From NCBI GenBank assembly GCA_964016885.1, contig OZ024761.1:30566001-30630000 (forward strand): DNA of 64,000 bases, read 5' to 3'. Made by a program: the position numbers and the translations under genes. Shown one piece after another: positions 7,888 through 22,939 of the stretch (its first letter is position 1; every line of letters begins with the position of its first letter). The notes under the pieces are model-generated. The model saw nothing but the letters and a program-made list of their open reading frames with translations, was not told where the DNA came from and made no database searches. The stretch comes from Eledone cirrhosa (lineage: Eukaryota).

Positions 7888-10344
7888 TCTCTAGTGGAGA
7901 TATTTCTGAGATTGGAAACCCTATCGATGTATGTATTTTGTCACTGAAAAGTTATCAAAAAATTATTATTATATATACATGTTTGTGTTTTTGACGTAAG
8001 TAAAACGAATCTATATACGAGGTTTTCGATACCTGCCAGAGCTTATGAAATAGTAAAAGAATATTTTTATTTTTCAATTATGTCAAACATCGTATGTGGT
8101 TCTTTATTAAAGAAATGCTAAAATAGATTTAAATATATGAAATTTGCACAGTAGAATTACGGCCACTTGGCTGGCGTCTGGTAAAGTGGTGGTAGTGTAG
8201 GTTCGAGCGGAGGGGAAACTAAAAAGGTGGCTTCGAGATGATCGTGGCCCCGGGTAGCCCAGAAGATAGAGACCAATCTCTTAAATTAAAAAAATAAATA
8301 TGTTTTAAACTTAAGATAAAGTAGACGATCGAAACCCTATCTCCAAATCTATACACACTCAATTGATGCATAGATACACCACAACTACCCACATGACCAC
8401 CTACAGACCAACAAATATGGAGTGAAAATAAACACATTTAAAGCTATTTTATTGTTAGACTAAAAATAAGTTTATATATGTAAATATTCAAAAGAAAATC
8501 ACTTAAGTCTTTATAGTCTAGTGGTAAGACATAGGACTGGGGAATGCCGTGTTTGGATTTCGAATCAACTTAAAACATTTTTTTTATCCTCACACTGTAA
8601 GGAATTTGCTTGATTTGAACACGTAGTCATACCATTTAAAGCTTTATTTTTCTCTTTCTAGTCGTAACACAGTCAGCATATAAATAAACGTGATTCACTT
8701 CAACACGTTGCCATACCATTTAAAACTTTATTTGGAGATGAGACAAAGACACATAAATACACTAAGTAGTAAACCCTTGATTTAACTTACTATGAAGATG
8801 AAGAATGTCTGTTAATATCAAAGTGACGTTAAATTTAGGGGTCACTTTCATTGTTTTTAATTTACAGAAACTCCTTAATATAATACAATGTATATATTAG
8901 AAGGAATATTTTTTATTTTCTTGTTCCGTCAAACCTTGCGTTTATTCTACACACACACACGTCGAAACACTTGCTTGAGCTGGCTTTCTTAGACATAATG
9001 AGAAGTGGTGGCTTTGTGGAGATTGATACAACTTTGGGTGATGTTACGAGGAGAGGCAAGGCTATGGAGAGTGTCTTAGTGGAAGAGATGATATCAGAGC
9101 AGTAACCTCCAAAGAGATGAAATTAGTGACTGTGATGCTATCATTGCATAGTTCAGAATATATATAACAAACATATACTATAAATTTAACAAGTCAAACT
9201 ACAGTTATACTCTAACACGGAAGACAAATAAAACTTTACCTCTATCATGCACGTCGTATCCAGTGTGTTGTTATAAGAAAACCGGTGAAACACTAAATAT
9301 GCCACCAGTGTAGCGATTTTATACTCTCTCTGCTTCATCGTACCACCCAGTAACATGAAACTGTGTTCAAATCCCTGGGAGGTAGAATTACGTCGCTTTA
9401 AATAAACACACTGGGGTCAGTTTGAATATTGATTTCATGTGAAAAATATATACATATTATGATTGTACTCCGAACTATCAATATTGAAACAATTCTAATG
9501 CGCCAATAAAATTTATATATCTATACAGCAACAGTGTTTTCGATCTTTCTTACTTTTTTATTCACATTCTACAGTCACTTTAACTCTGTAATAAAACCCA
9601 ACACGAGACGAACGTTAACTGCAAGTTACCCACGAAATTAACGCAAACACAAATGAATATATATATATATACTACTAAAATGTATTTAAAATTAAAAAAT
9701 AAATACTTAAATTCAATGTATAATTACACGTACAATATGTTTTGTTGTAAAACCCTAAATAATGATTTAAGAAATGATGTCAATCTCTTTGTACAGAGAT
9801 AAACATTAATTTATGTATATGCATTGTGTGTGCGTATATACTCCATTTAAGACAGCGAAAAAGCCAGTACCTCCTTCGAAGAATGCCAAATAGTTTATGC
9901 CTCAGGGATACCGGTGTAACACTAATTAAGTTACCGGTGTAGATATTTCAGTTGAACCCTGCTTCAACAAACTACCCGGTAATTTGAAATCGAGTTCAGA
10001 GTGAGGGGTGTAAAACAGAATTCTGTTTGGAAAATAGTAAATTCTAAACCTGCTAGAAATAATAGCCAAATGTCGTACTTTGGGTACGAGGTGCGACTCG
10101 TCTTACCTCTTCTAATATATACATATATATGTGTGCGTGTGTGTAGATTCACGGGTCGCGGCGGAGAGAAACCACAATAAATACAATGTACTCAATAGCA
10201 ATCTATTAGTATATATATATATGTGTGTACATATAAATATGTGTGTGTGTGTGTATGTATATATATATATGTATAAATGTATATATACATATAAATACTT
10301 ATATATACATAAACATATGTATACATACACACATATATAAATAA

Positions 10345-10379
<35 letters not shown>

Positions 10380-10426
10380 ATTATTACTTAGGTTCTAAGG
10401 AATATTCCGCGAATGTCGGGGTTTAC

Positions 10427-10478
<52 letters not shown>

Positions 10479-11308
10479 CATATTTATTACTTTCACTGTT
10501 ATTTCTAGCATAAAAAAGAAAAACCGGAAGGGGAGAAAATTGAAAAACTTCTTCTTTTTCCCTCCTCTAACTTTTCAAACAAAAGGAAATTTTATGTAAA
10601 CAAAAACGAAATTTTTGCCAAGAAAGATAACTCTTCTCTGACTTAAATCCAAAATTGGGATACAAAAAAAATTCCGCAATTTTTTGTATCCCAATTTTGG
10701 ATTTAAGTCAGAGAAGAGTTATCTTTCTTGGCAAAAATTTCGTTTTTGTTTACATAAAATTCTCTTTTGTTTGAAAAGTTAGAGGAGGGAAAAAGAAGAA
10801 GTTTTTCAATTTTCTCCACTTCCCGTTTTTTCTAGTGTATACTAGAAATAGCAGTCAAAGCAATATATATGCCTTTTGTGACAATATATATTGTTTTAAC
10901 GCTAGATTATTAACAACAATATATTGTATTTGTTGGCCTATTGGACGCAGAAGACGCTCACTCGATTTTTATTATATTTTACGTTGTATTTTGAGGTTTA
11001 TAGACATTTCTATGGACCACCTACAATATTCGCGGTTTTTCACTATTCTCGGGTTCTCTAGGACTGTAAACCCCACGAATGCCGGGGGGTAAATGTATAT
11101 GAATATATCGACTGATAATATACAGTATAATTGTACGAGTATGCATATACATAGCAATATATATACATATTTACACATATATGTACATATATATATATAG
11201 ACACACATGTATATATATATATATAGACACACATGTATATATATATATATATGCATGTATGTATATATGTATACACATATATATATATGAATGTCTGTAT
11301 ATATGTAC

Positions 11309-11345
<37 letters not shown>

Positions 11346-12549
11346 CATAGACATGTGTGTGTGTGTACATTCTTAGGTATATACATATATATTTATACAC
11401 ACATACATACAAATATATATATTTCTATGAGTCACAGTTTATTACACATTGGAGACAGAGTGAGAGATTTAGCTTTCATTTTTAGCAGATTTAGAAACTT
11501 TGCAAACGCTTTATTTTTTCTTATTGCCGGTACTCTGAACACGATTTGAAATGACTGGAGTGAGTTTATAAAAGGGTAAACTGAAATAGTTGCACCGGTA
11601 ATATATTTAGTGTTACACCGGTATTTTCGAAACAGTCTCTTTCGCATTCGTCTGCAAGAGGTAACGTTTTCTATGCCGTCTCTGTTAGTGTAGAACTGTA
11701 GGTTGACTTGCCTGGTTTTTACAACTCTTTGTCAACATGCATATTATTATTATATACTTTCAAACACACTTACATATATTATATTTATAAACATATAGGA
11801 TTTTACTAAGTTTTTATTCTTTCTAATGTGAAGAGATAGAAATAATAAGTTAAAACTAAAGTATAATGATATAACAACCGTATATAATAGTTTTCTCCCC
11901 TTTATTGAGATGCAAACGTTTTAAAGAAAAAACATGACAGTATAAGAAATATTTAATATCATAACATATAATATTTCAGGTAGGATGGTCGTTTCTCTTG
12001 TCTTCCACCTCTAGTTGTAGATTCTTCATGTCCTCTCTAGCCATAATTATGTCGTCGACATATGCATAAGTTTGATTTCTTCTTGAATGAATTGCAAATC
12101 TTGAGGTAGCCTTCTTGGTACATTTATTAGCTTTAATTCGTGTTTACACTGCTTGTAATAATTCGTACGTTTTTTACTTTAGATGAAACATATATATAAA
12201 AACGTCTGTGGCTTTAGTATACCTTTAAGTTTGATTTCAATAGAAAAATACTTACTGAACATGTGTAACACAATTATAACTGGATCTACTTAGTTCCTAG
12301 CCACTAGAAAAAAATCTATTTGATAGAAGTTATTTCCTAGTTCTATGCACTGTCAATATCCCTTCTACTTTTTATATGCTTGTGTTTGTTAAAGAAACAT
12401 TCTCTGATTTAGGAACCACGATCTTCTCGCACCACCGTTGTAGTAATTCTTGTTAAATGTTTTGTCTGGTCTATTGTCAATAAGTGGCCTTGTTTTCTGA
12501 TTATGAATAAAGTTAAGTGGTCTACTGAATTGTCTTAATTATTGCTAAT
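6306..12549. repeat. Array unit copy 2
   Basis: Unit start motif at 6306 and 12550. Confidence 0.97.
10479..10871. repeat. Long palindrome, copy 2
   Basis: Same inverted repeat as 4235-4627. Confidence 0.96.
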
Positions 12550-14096
12550 TTATAAGTTTGTTTAACTGCCGATAACTTTTAAATCTATTTCTTAGGTTGC
12601 TTAGGCCTACAAATCTTATATCAGTGTCCCTTCTTTTGACACTTTCTACGAGTGAATCCTTAAATTGACATTTTATTTTGGGTTGTACTGCCTTATCCCA
12701 CCTATAACAGCTAGAAGCAAATATAGTAAAAACAGGTCCTTGACTGTGGAGACTAATATGAGTTATGTTGAATACAATTGTTGAGGTTTATTCAATCTAA
12801 GAGAAGAAAAAATAAGTAAAGTGCAAAATTAACGTTTAAAGACAAGAAAAGTATTTCTCTTTCTCTCTGGCAAAATAAATCTGCTGTTTTTAGACCTAGA
12901 GGAGGGGAGGATTGACTCAGTCAGGTTTAAATGCCCACATGACGGTAATTACGGCACCCCTACAACAACAGTTAAGTGTCTATAACCACCACGCATTTAT
13001 GAGACTAAAAACCTTGCTAGTGTATTTTTATTTTGGTACAAAAGTTTTTAAATAATTTCATAAGTTTTAAATTCAAGTAAGTCCAATATAACGTATTTAA
13101 ACGAATCTATAGATAGGATTTCAATATCTTCCAGAGCTTATGAAATAGTAAAACAATTTTTTTTCTTTTCAATTATATCAAATACCATAAGTTGTTCTTT
13201 ATGAAAGAAATGCTAAAATAGATTTAGTTAGTATGACTCTGAAATGTGTTCATAAACGGTAATGTTATGTTTTCCTTAGAGCCTGTCTGTCTTACAGTAT
13301 GTTTACACACAATACATACATGCATAGACATAAATTAATTGTTTATTATCTATATTCATCTGTTTACACTCCTCGTAATAATTCGAGCGGTTTTGTTTTT
13401 GTTTTTTCTTCAAGAGATACGTAGATAGAAAAACGTTTGTGGCTTTAGTATTGCTTATTTTTAAGTTTTGTTTAATTGCCGATAAATTTGAAATATATTT
13501 GTTAGGTTTCTTAGAACTACAAATCTTTCTTATGACACTTACTACGGAATAAATTCTTAGCTGGATACTTTACTTTGTGATTACTTTCCTCCCAAAGCCA
13601 TGACAGCTTGAATCAGATGTAGCAAAAACTTGGGAAGACTGACATGAGTTATGTTGAATATAAGTGTAGACGTAAAATATTTTTGTTTATTCAATCTAAA
13701 GGGAAGGAAAAAGAATTATAAGTCAAGTGCAAAATTAACGTTTAAAGGCATAAGAAAGGTATCTCGCTTTCTCTCCTGTAAAACAAATAGGCTGTTTTTA
13801 GACCAGGAGGATGGGAGGATTGACTCAGTCAGATTTAAATGCACACATGACGGTAAATACGACAGTCCTACAACAGTTAAGTGTCTATAACAACCATGCA
13901 TTTAAGAGACTGAAAACCTTACTAATGTGTTTTTATTTTGGTATTTAAAAACAAATTATATATTTAATTTCATGTAAGTCAAATACAATGTATTTAAATG
14001 AATCTACAGATGGAGTTGCAATATCTGCCAGGACTTTGGAAATAGGGAAATATATAATTTTTTTAATTAAAACTACTTTTCAAAGGAATAATAAAG

Positions 14097-14131
<35 letters not shown>

Positions 14132-16358
14132 TCTCTAGTGGAGATATTTCTGAGATTGGAAACCCTATCGATGTATGTATTTTGTCACTGAAAAGTTATC
14201 AAAAAATTATTATTATATATACATGTTTGTGTTTTTGACGTAAGTAAAACGAATCTATATACGAGGTTTTCGATACCTGCCAGAGCTTATGAAATAGTAA
14301 AAGAATATTTTTATTTTTCAATTATGTCAAACATCGTATGTGGTTCTTTATTAAAGAAATGCTAAAATAGATTTAAATATATGAAATTTGCACAGTAGAA
14401 TTACGGCCGCTTGGCTGGCGTCTGGTAAAGTGGTGGTAGTGTAGGTTCGAGCGGAGGGGAAACTAAAAAGGTGGCTTCGAGATGATCGTGGCCCCGGGTA
14501 GCCCAGAAGATAGAGACCAATCTCTTAAATTAAAAAAATAAATATGTTTTAAACTTAAGATAAAGTAGACGATCGAAACCCTATCTCCAAATCTATACAC
14601 ACTCAATTGATGCATAGATACACCACAACTACCCACATGACCACCTACAGACCAACAAATATGGAGTGAAAATAAACACATTTAAAGCTATTTTATTGTT
14701 AGACTAAAAATAAGTTTATATATGTAAATATTCAAAAGAAAATCACTTAAGTCTTTATAGTCTAGTGGTAAGACATAGGACTGGGGAATGCCGTGTTTGG
14801 ATTTCGAATCAACTTAAAACATTTTTTTTATCCTCACACTGTAAGGAATTTGCTTGATTTGAACACGTAGTCATACCATTTAAAGCTTTATTTTTCTCTT
14901 TCTAGTCGTAACACAGTCAGCATATAAATAAACGTGATTCACTTCAACACGTTGCCATACCATTTAAAACTTTATTTGGAGATGAGACAAAGACACATAA
15001 ATACACTAAGTAGTAAACCCTTGATTTAACTTACTATGAAGATGAAGAATGTCTGTTAATATCAAAGTGACGTTAAATTTAGGGGTCACTTTCATTGTTT
15101 TTAATTTACAGAAACTCCTTAATATAATACAATGTATATATTAGAAGGAATATTTTTTATTTTCTTGTTCCGTCAAACCTTGCGTTTATTCTACACACAC
15201 ACACGTCGAAACACTTGCTTGAGCTGGCTTTCTTAGACATAATGAGAAGTGTTGGCTTTGTGGAGATTGATACAACTTTGGGTGATGTTACGAGGAGAGG
15301 CAAGGCTATGGAGAGTGTCTTAGTGGAAGAGATGATATCAGAGCAGTAACCTCCAAAGAGATGAAATTAGTGACTGTGATGCTATCATTGCATAGTTCAG
15401 AATATATATAACAAACATATACTATAAATTTAACAAGTCAAACTACAGTTATACTCTAACACGGAAGACAAATAAAACTTTACCTCTATCATGCACGTCG
15501 TATCCAGTGTGTTGTTATAAGAAAACCGGTGAAACACTAAATATGCCACCAGTGTAGCGATTTTATACTCTCTCTGCTTCATCGTACCACCCAGTAACAT
15601 GAAACTGTGTTCAAATCCCTGGGAGGTAGAATTACGTCGCTTTAAATAAACACACTGGGGTCAGTTTGAATATTGATTTCATGTGAAAAATATATACATA
15701 TTATGATTGTACTCCGAACTATCAATATTGAAACAATTCTAATGCGCCAATAAAATTTATATATCTATACAGCAACAGTGTTTTCGATCTTTCTTACTTT
15801 TTTATTCACATTCTACAGTCACTTTAACTCTGTAATAAAACCCAACACGAGACGAACGTTAACTGCAAGTTACCCACGAAATTAACGCAAACACAAATGA
15901 ATATATATATATATACTACTAAAATGTATTTAAAATTAAAAAATAAATACTTAAATTCAATGTATAATTACACGTACAATATGTTTTGTTGTAAAACCCT
16001 AAATAATGATTTAAGAAATGATGTCAATCTCTTTGTACAGAGATAAACATTAATTTATGTATATGCATTGTGTGTGCGTATATACTCCATTTAAGACAGC
16101 GAAAAAGCCAGTACCTCCTTCGAAGAATGCCAAATAGTTTATGCCTCAGGGATACCGGTGTAACACTAATTAAGTTACCGGTGTAGATATTTCAGTTGAA
16201 CCCTGCTTCAACAAACTACCCGGTAATTTGAAATCGAGTTCAGAGTGAGGGGTGTAAAACAGAATTCTGTTTGGAAAATAGTAAATTCTAAACCTGCTAG
16301 AAATAATAGCCAAATGTCGTACTTTGGGTACGAGGTGCGACTCGTCTTACCTCTTCTA

Positions 16359-16400
<42 letters not shown>

Positions 16401-16634
16401 AGATTCACGGGTCGCGGCGGAGAGAAACCACAATAAATACAATGTACTCAATAGATTGGCATAGTATATATATATATGTGTGTACATATAAATATGTGTG
16501 TGTGTGTATGTATATATATATATGTATAAATGTATATATACATATAAATACTTATATATATATATACATAAACATATGTATACATACACACATATATAAA
16601 TAAATATGTGTGTATATATATATATATCTGTGTG

Positions 16635-16684
<50 letters not shown>

Positions 16685-16727
16685 TTACTTAGGTTCTAAG
16701 GAATATTCCGCGAATGTCGGGGTTTAC

Positions 16728-16758
<31 letters not shown>

Positions 16759-17592
16759 GTATATACATATTTATTACTTTCACTGTTATTTCTAGCATAA
16801 AAAAGAAAAACCGGAAGGGGAGAAAATTGAAAAACTTCTTCTTTTTCCCTCCTCTAACTTTTTAAACAAAAGGAAATTTTATGTAAACAAAAACGAAATT
16901 TTTGCCAAGAAAGATAACTCTTCTCTGACTTAAATCCAAAATTGGGATACAAAAAAAATTCCGCAATTTTTTGTATCCCAATTTTGGATTTAAGTCAGAG
17001 AAGAGTTATCTTTCTTGGCAAAAATTTCGTTTTTGTTTACATAAAATTCTCTTTTGTTTGAAAAGTTAGAGGAGGGAAAAAGAAGAAGTTTTTCAATTTT
17101 CTCCACTTCCCGTTTTTTCTAGTGTATACTAGAAATAGCAGTCAAAGCAATATATATGCCTTTTGTGACAATATATATTGTTTTAACGCTAGATTATTAA
17201 CAACAATATATTGTATTTGTTGGCCTATTGGACGCAGAAGACGCTCACTCGATTTTTATTATATTTTACGTTGTATTTTGAGGTTTATAGACATTTCTAT
17301 GGACCACCTACAATATTCGCGGTTTTTCACTATTCTCGGGTTCTCTAGGACTGTAAACCCCACGAATGCCGGGGGGTAAATGTATATGAATATATCGACT
17401 GATAATATACAGTATAATTGTACGAGTATGCATATACATAGCAATATATATACATATTTACACATATATGTACATATCTATATATAGACGCACATGTATA
17501 TATATATATATAGACACACATGTATATATATATATATATGCATGTATGTATATATGTATACACATATATATATATATGAATGTCTGTATATA

Positions 17593-17632
<40 letters not shown>

Positions 17633-18836
17633 GACATGTGTGTGTGTGTGTGTACATTCTTAGGTATATACATATATATTTATACACACATACATACAAA
17701 TATATATATTTCTATGAGTCACAGTTTATTACACATTGGAGACAGAGTGAGAGATTTAGCTTTCATTTTTAGCAGATTTAGAAACTTTGCAAACGCTTTA
17801 TTTTTTCTTATTGCCGGTACTCTGAACACGATTTGAAATGACTGGAGTGAGTTTATAAAAGGGTAAACTGAAATAGTTGCACCGGTAATATATTTAGTGT
17901 TACACCGGTATTTTCGAAACAGTCTCTTTCGCATTCGTCTGCAAGAGGTAACGTTTTCTATGCCGTCTCTGTTAGTGTAGAACTGTAGGTTGACTTGCCT
18001 GGTTTTTACAACTCTTTGTCAACATGCATATTATTATTATATACTTTCAAACACACTTACATATATTATATTTATAAACATATAGGATTTTACTAAGTTT
18101 TTATTCTTTCTAATGTGAAGAGATAGAAATAATAAGTTAAAACTAAAGTATAATGATATAACAACCGTATATAATAGTTTTCTCCCCTTTATTGAGATGC
18201 AAACGTTTTAAAGAAAAAACATGACAGTATAAGAAATATTTAATATCATAACATATAATATTTCAGGTAGGATGGTCGTTTCTCTTGTCTTCCACCTCTA
18301 GTTGTAGATTCTTCATGTCCTCTCTAGCCATAATTATGTCGTCGACATATGCATAAGTTTGATTTCTTCTTGAATGAATTGCAAACCTTGAGGTAGCCTT
18401 CTTGGTACATTTATTAGCTTTAATTCGTGTTTACACTGCTTGTAATAATTCGTACGTTTTTTACTTTAGATGAAACATATATATAAAAACGTCTGTGGCT
18501 GTAGTATACCTTTAAGTTTGATTTCAATAGAAAAATACTTACTGAACATGTGTAACACAATTATAACTGGATCTACTTAGTTCCTAGCCACTAGAAAAAA
18601 ATCTATTTGATAGAAGTTATTTCCTAGTTCTATGCACTGTCAATATCCCTTCTACTTTTTATATGCTTGTGTTTGTTAAAGAAACATTCTCTGATTTAGG
18701 AACCACGATCTTCTCGCACCACCGTTGTAGTAATTCTTGTTAAATGTTTTGTCTGGTCTATTGTCAATAAGTGGCCTTGTTTTCTGATTATGAATAAAGT
18801 TAAGTGGTCTACTGAATTGTCTTAATTATTGCTAAT
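12550..18836. repeat. Array unit copy 3
   Basis: Unit start motif at 12550 and 18837. Confidence 0.97.
16766..17158. repeat. Long palindrome, copy 3
   Basis: Same inverted repeat; left-arm SNP tcaaac>ttaaac shared with copy 7. Confidence 0.96.
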
Positions 18837-21800
18837 TTATAAGTTTGTTTAACTGCCGATAACTTTTAAATCTATTTCTTAGGTTGCTTAGGCCTACAAA
18901 TCTTATATCAGTGTCCCTTCTTTTGACACTTTCTACGAGTGAATCCTTAAATTGACATTTTATTTTGGGTTGTACTGCCTTATCCCACCTATAACAGCTA
19001 AAAGCAAATATAGTAAAAACAGGTCCTTGACTGTGGAGACTAATATGAGTTATGTTGAATATAATTGTTGAGGTTTATTCAATCTAAGAGAAGAAAAAAT
19101 AAGTAAAGTGCAAAATTAACGTTTAAAGACAAGAAAAGTATTTCTCTTTCTCTCTGGCAAAATAAATCTGCTGTTTTTAGACCTAGAGGAGGGGAGGATT
19201 GACTCAGTCAGGTTTAAATGCCCACATGACGGTAATTACGGCACCCCTACAACAACAGTTAAGTGTCTATAACCACCACGCATTTATGAGACTAAAAACC
19301 TTGCTAGTGTATTTTTATTTTGGTACAAAAGTTTTTAAATAATTTCATAAGTTTTAAATTCAAGTAAGTCCAATATAACGTATTTAAACGAATCTATAGA
19401 TAGGATTTCAATATCTTCCAGAGCTTATGAAATAGTAAAACAATTTTTTTTCTTTTCAATTATATCAAATACCATAAGTTGTTGTTTATGAAAGAAATGC
19501 TAAAATAGATTTAGTTAGTATGACTCTGAAATGTGTTCATAAACGGTAATGTTATGTTTTCCTTAGAGCCTGTCTGTCTTACAGTATGTTTACACACAAT
19601 ACATACATGCATAGACATAAATTAATTGTTTATTATCTATATTCATCTGTTTACACTCCTCGTAATAATTCGAGCGGTTTTGTTTTTGTTTTTTCTTCAA
19701 GAGATACGTAGATAGAAAAACGTTTGTGGCTTTAGTATTGCTTATTTTAAAGTTTTGTTTAATTGCCGATAAATTTGAAATATATTTGTTAGGTTTCTTA
19801 GAACTACAAATCTTTCTTATGACACTTACTACGGAATAAATTCTTAGCTGGATACTTTACTTTGTGATTACTTTCCTCCCAAAGCCATGACAGCTTGAAT
19901 CAGATGTAGCAAAAACTTGGGAAGACTGACATGAGTTATGTTGAATATAAGTGTAGACGTAAAATATTTTTGTTTATTCAATCTAAAGGGAAGGAAAAAG
20001 AATTATAAGTCAAGTGCAAAATTAACGTTTAAAGGCATAAGAAAGGTATCTCGCTTTCTCTCCTGTAAAACAAATAGGCTGTTTTTAGACCAGGAGGATG
20101 GGAGGATTGACTCAGTCAGATTTAAATGCACACATGACGGTAAATACGACAGTCCTACAACAGTTAAGTGTCTATAACAACCATGCATTTAAGAGACTGA
20201 AAACCTTACTAATGTGTTTTTATTTTGGTATTTAAAAACAAATTATATATTTAATTTCATGTAAGTCAAATACAATGTATTTAAATGAATCTACAGATGG
20301 AGTTGCAATATCTGCCAGGACTTTGGAAATAGGGAAATATATAATTTTTTTAATTAAAACTACTTTTCAAAGGAATAATAAAGATATATATATACACACA
20401 CACACATCTCTAGTGGAGATATTTCTGAGATTGGAAACCCTATCGATGTATGTATTTTGTCACTGAAAAGTTATCAAAAAATTATTATTATATATACATG
20501 TTTGTGTTTTTGACGTAAGTAAAACGAATCTATATACGAGGTTTTCGATACCTGCCAGAGCTTATGAAATAGTAAAAGAATATTTTTATTTTTCAATTAT
20601 GTCAAACATCGTATGTGGTTCTTTATTAAAGAAATGCTAAAATAGATTTAAATATATGAAATTTGCACAGTAGAATTACGGCCGCTTGGCTGGCGTCTGG
20701 TAAAGTGGTGGTAGTGTAGGTTCGAGCGGAGGGGAAACTAAAAAGGTGGCTTCGAGATGATCGTGGCCCCGGGTAGCCCAGAAGATAGAGACCAATCTCT
20801 TAAATTAAAAATGTTTTAAACTTAAGATAAAGTAGACGATCGAAACCCTATCTCCAAATCTATACACACTCAATTGATGCATAGATACACCACAACTACC
20901 CACATGACCACCTACAGACCAACAAATATGGAGTGAAAATAAACACATTTAAAGCTATTTTATTGTTAGACTAAAAATAAGTTTATATATGTAAATATTC
21001 AAAAGAAAATCACTCAAGTCTTTATAGTCTAGTGGTAAGACATAGGACTGGGGAATGCCGTGTTTGGATTTCGAATCAACTTAAAACATTTTTTTTATCC
21101 TCACACTGTAAGGAATTTGCTTGATTTGAACACGTAGTCATACCATTTAAAGCTTTATTTTTCTCTTTCTAGTCGTAACACAGTCAGCATATAAATAAAC
21201 GTGATTCACTTCAACACGTTGCCATACCATTTAAAACTTTATTTGGAGATGAGACAAAGACACATAAATACACTAAGTAGTAAACCCTTGATTTAACTTA
21301 CTATGAAGATGAAGAATGTCTGTTAATATCAAAGTGACGTTAAATTTAGGGGTCACTTTCATTGTTTTTAATTTACAGAAACTCCTTAATATAATACAAT
21401 GTATATATTAGAAGGAATATTTTTTATTTTCTTGTTCCGTCAAACCTTGCGTTTATTCTACACACACACACGTCGAAACACTTGCTTGAGCTGGCTTTCT
21501 TAGACATAATGAGAAGTGTTGGCTTTGTGGAGATTGATACAACTTTGGGTGATGTTACGAGGAGAGGCAAGGCTATGGAGAGTGTCTTAGTGGAAGAGAT
21601 GATATCAGAGCAGTAACCTCCAAAGAGATGAAATTAGTGACTGAGATGCTATCATTGCATAGTTCAGAATATATATAACAAACATATACTATAAATTTAA
21701 CAAGTCAAACTACAGTTATACTCTAACACGGAAGACAAATAAAACTTTACCTCTATCATGCACGTCGTATCCAGTGTGTTGTTATAAGAAAACCGGTGAA

Positions 21801-22625
21801 ACACTAAATATGCCACCAGTGTAGCGATTTTATACTCTCTCTGCTTCATCGTACCACCCAGTAACATGAAACTGTGTTCAAATCCCTGGGAGGTAGAATT
21901 ACGTCGCTTTAAATAAACACACTGGGGTCAGTTTGAATATTGATTTCATGTGAAAAATATATACATATTATGATTGTACTCCGAACTATCAATATTGAAA
22001 CAATTCTAATGCGCCAATAAAATTTATATATCTATACAGCAACAGTGTTTTCGATCTTTCTTACTTTTTTATTCACATTCTACAGTCACTTTAACTCTGT
22101 AATAAAACCCAACACGAGACGAACGTTAACTGCAAGTTACCCACGAAATTAACGCAAACACAAATGAATATATATATATATACTACTAAAATGTATTTAA
22201 AATTAAAAAATAAATACTTAAATTCAATGTATAATTACACGTACAATATGTTTTGTTGTAAAACCCTAAATAATGATTTAAGAAATGATGTCAATCTCTT
22301 TGTACGGAGATAAACATTAATTTATGTATATGCATTGTGTGTGCGTATATACTCCATTTAAGACAGCGAAAAAGCCAGTACCTCCTTCGAAGAATGCCAA
22401 ATAGTTTATGCCTCAGGGATACCGGTGTAACACTAATTAAGTTACCGGTGTAGATATTTCAGTTGAACCCTGCTTCAACAAACTACCCGGTAATTTGAAA
22501 TCGAGTTCAGAGTGAGGGGTGTAAAACAGAATTCTGTTTGGAAAATAGTAAATTCTAAACCTGCTAGAAATAATAGCCAAATGTCGTACTTTGGGTACGA
22601 GGTGCGACTCGTCTTACCTCTTCTA

Positions 22626-22665
<40 letters not shown>

Positions 22666-22899
22666 AGATTCACGGGTCGCGGCGGAGAGAAACCACAATA
22701 AATACAATGTACTCAATAGATTGGCATAGTATATATATATATGTGTGTACATATAAATATGTGTGTGTGTGTATGTATATATATATATGTATAAATGTAT
22801 ATATACATATAAATACTTATATATATATATACATAAACATATGTATACATACACACATATATAAATAAATATGTGTGTATATATATATATATCTGTGTG

Positions 22900-22939
<40 letters not shown>

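Noticed and set aside
4434-10673. Integrated densovirus/parvovirus concatemer (similar ~6 kb size with terminal palindromes)
   Set aside because: No NS1 HUH or Walker motifs and no capsid ORF are visible, and the unit contains host-type microsatellites and transposon relics.
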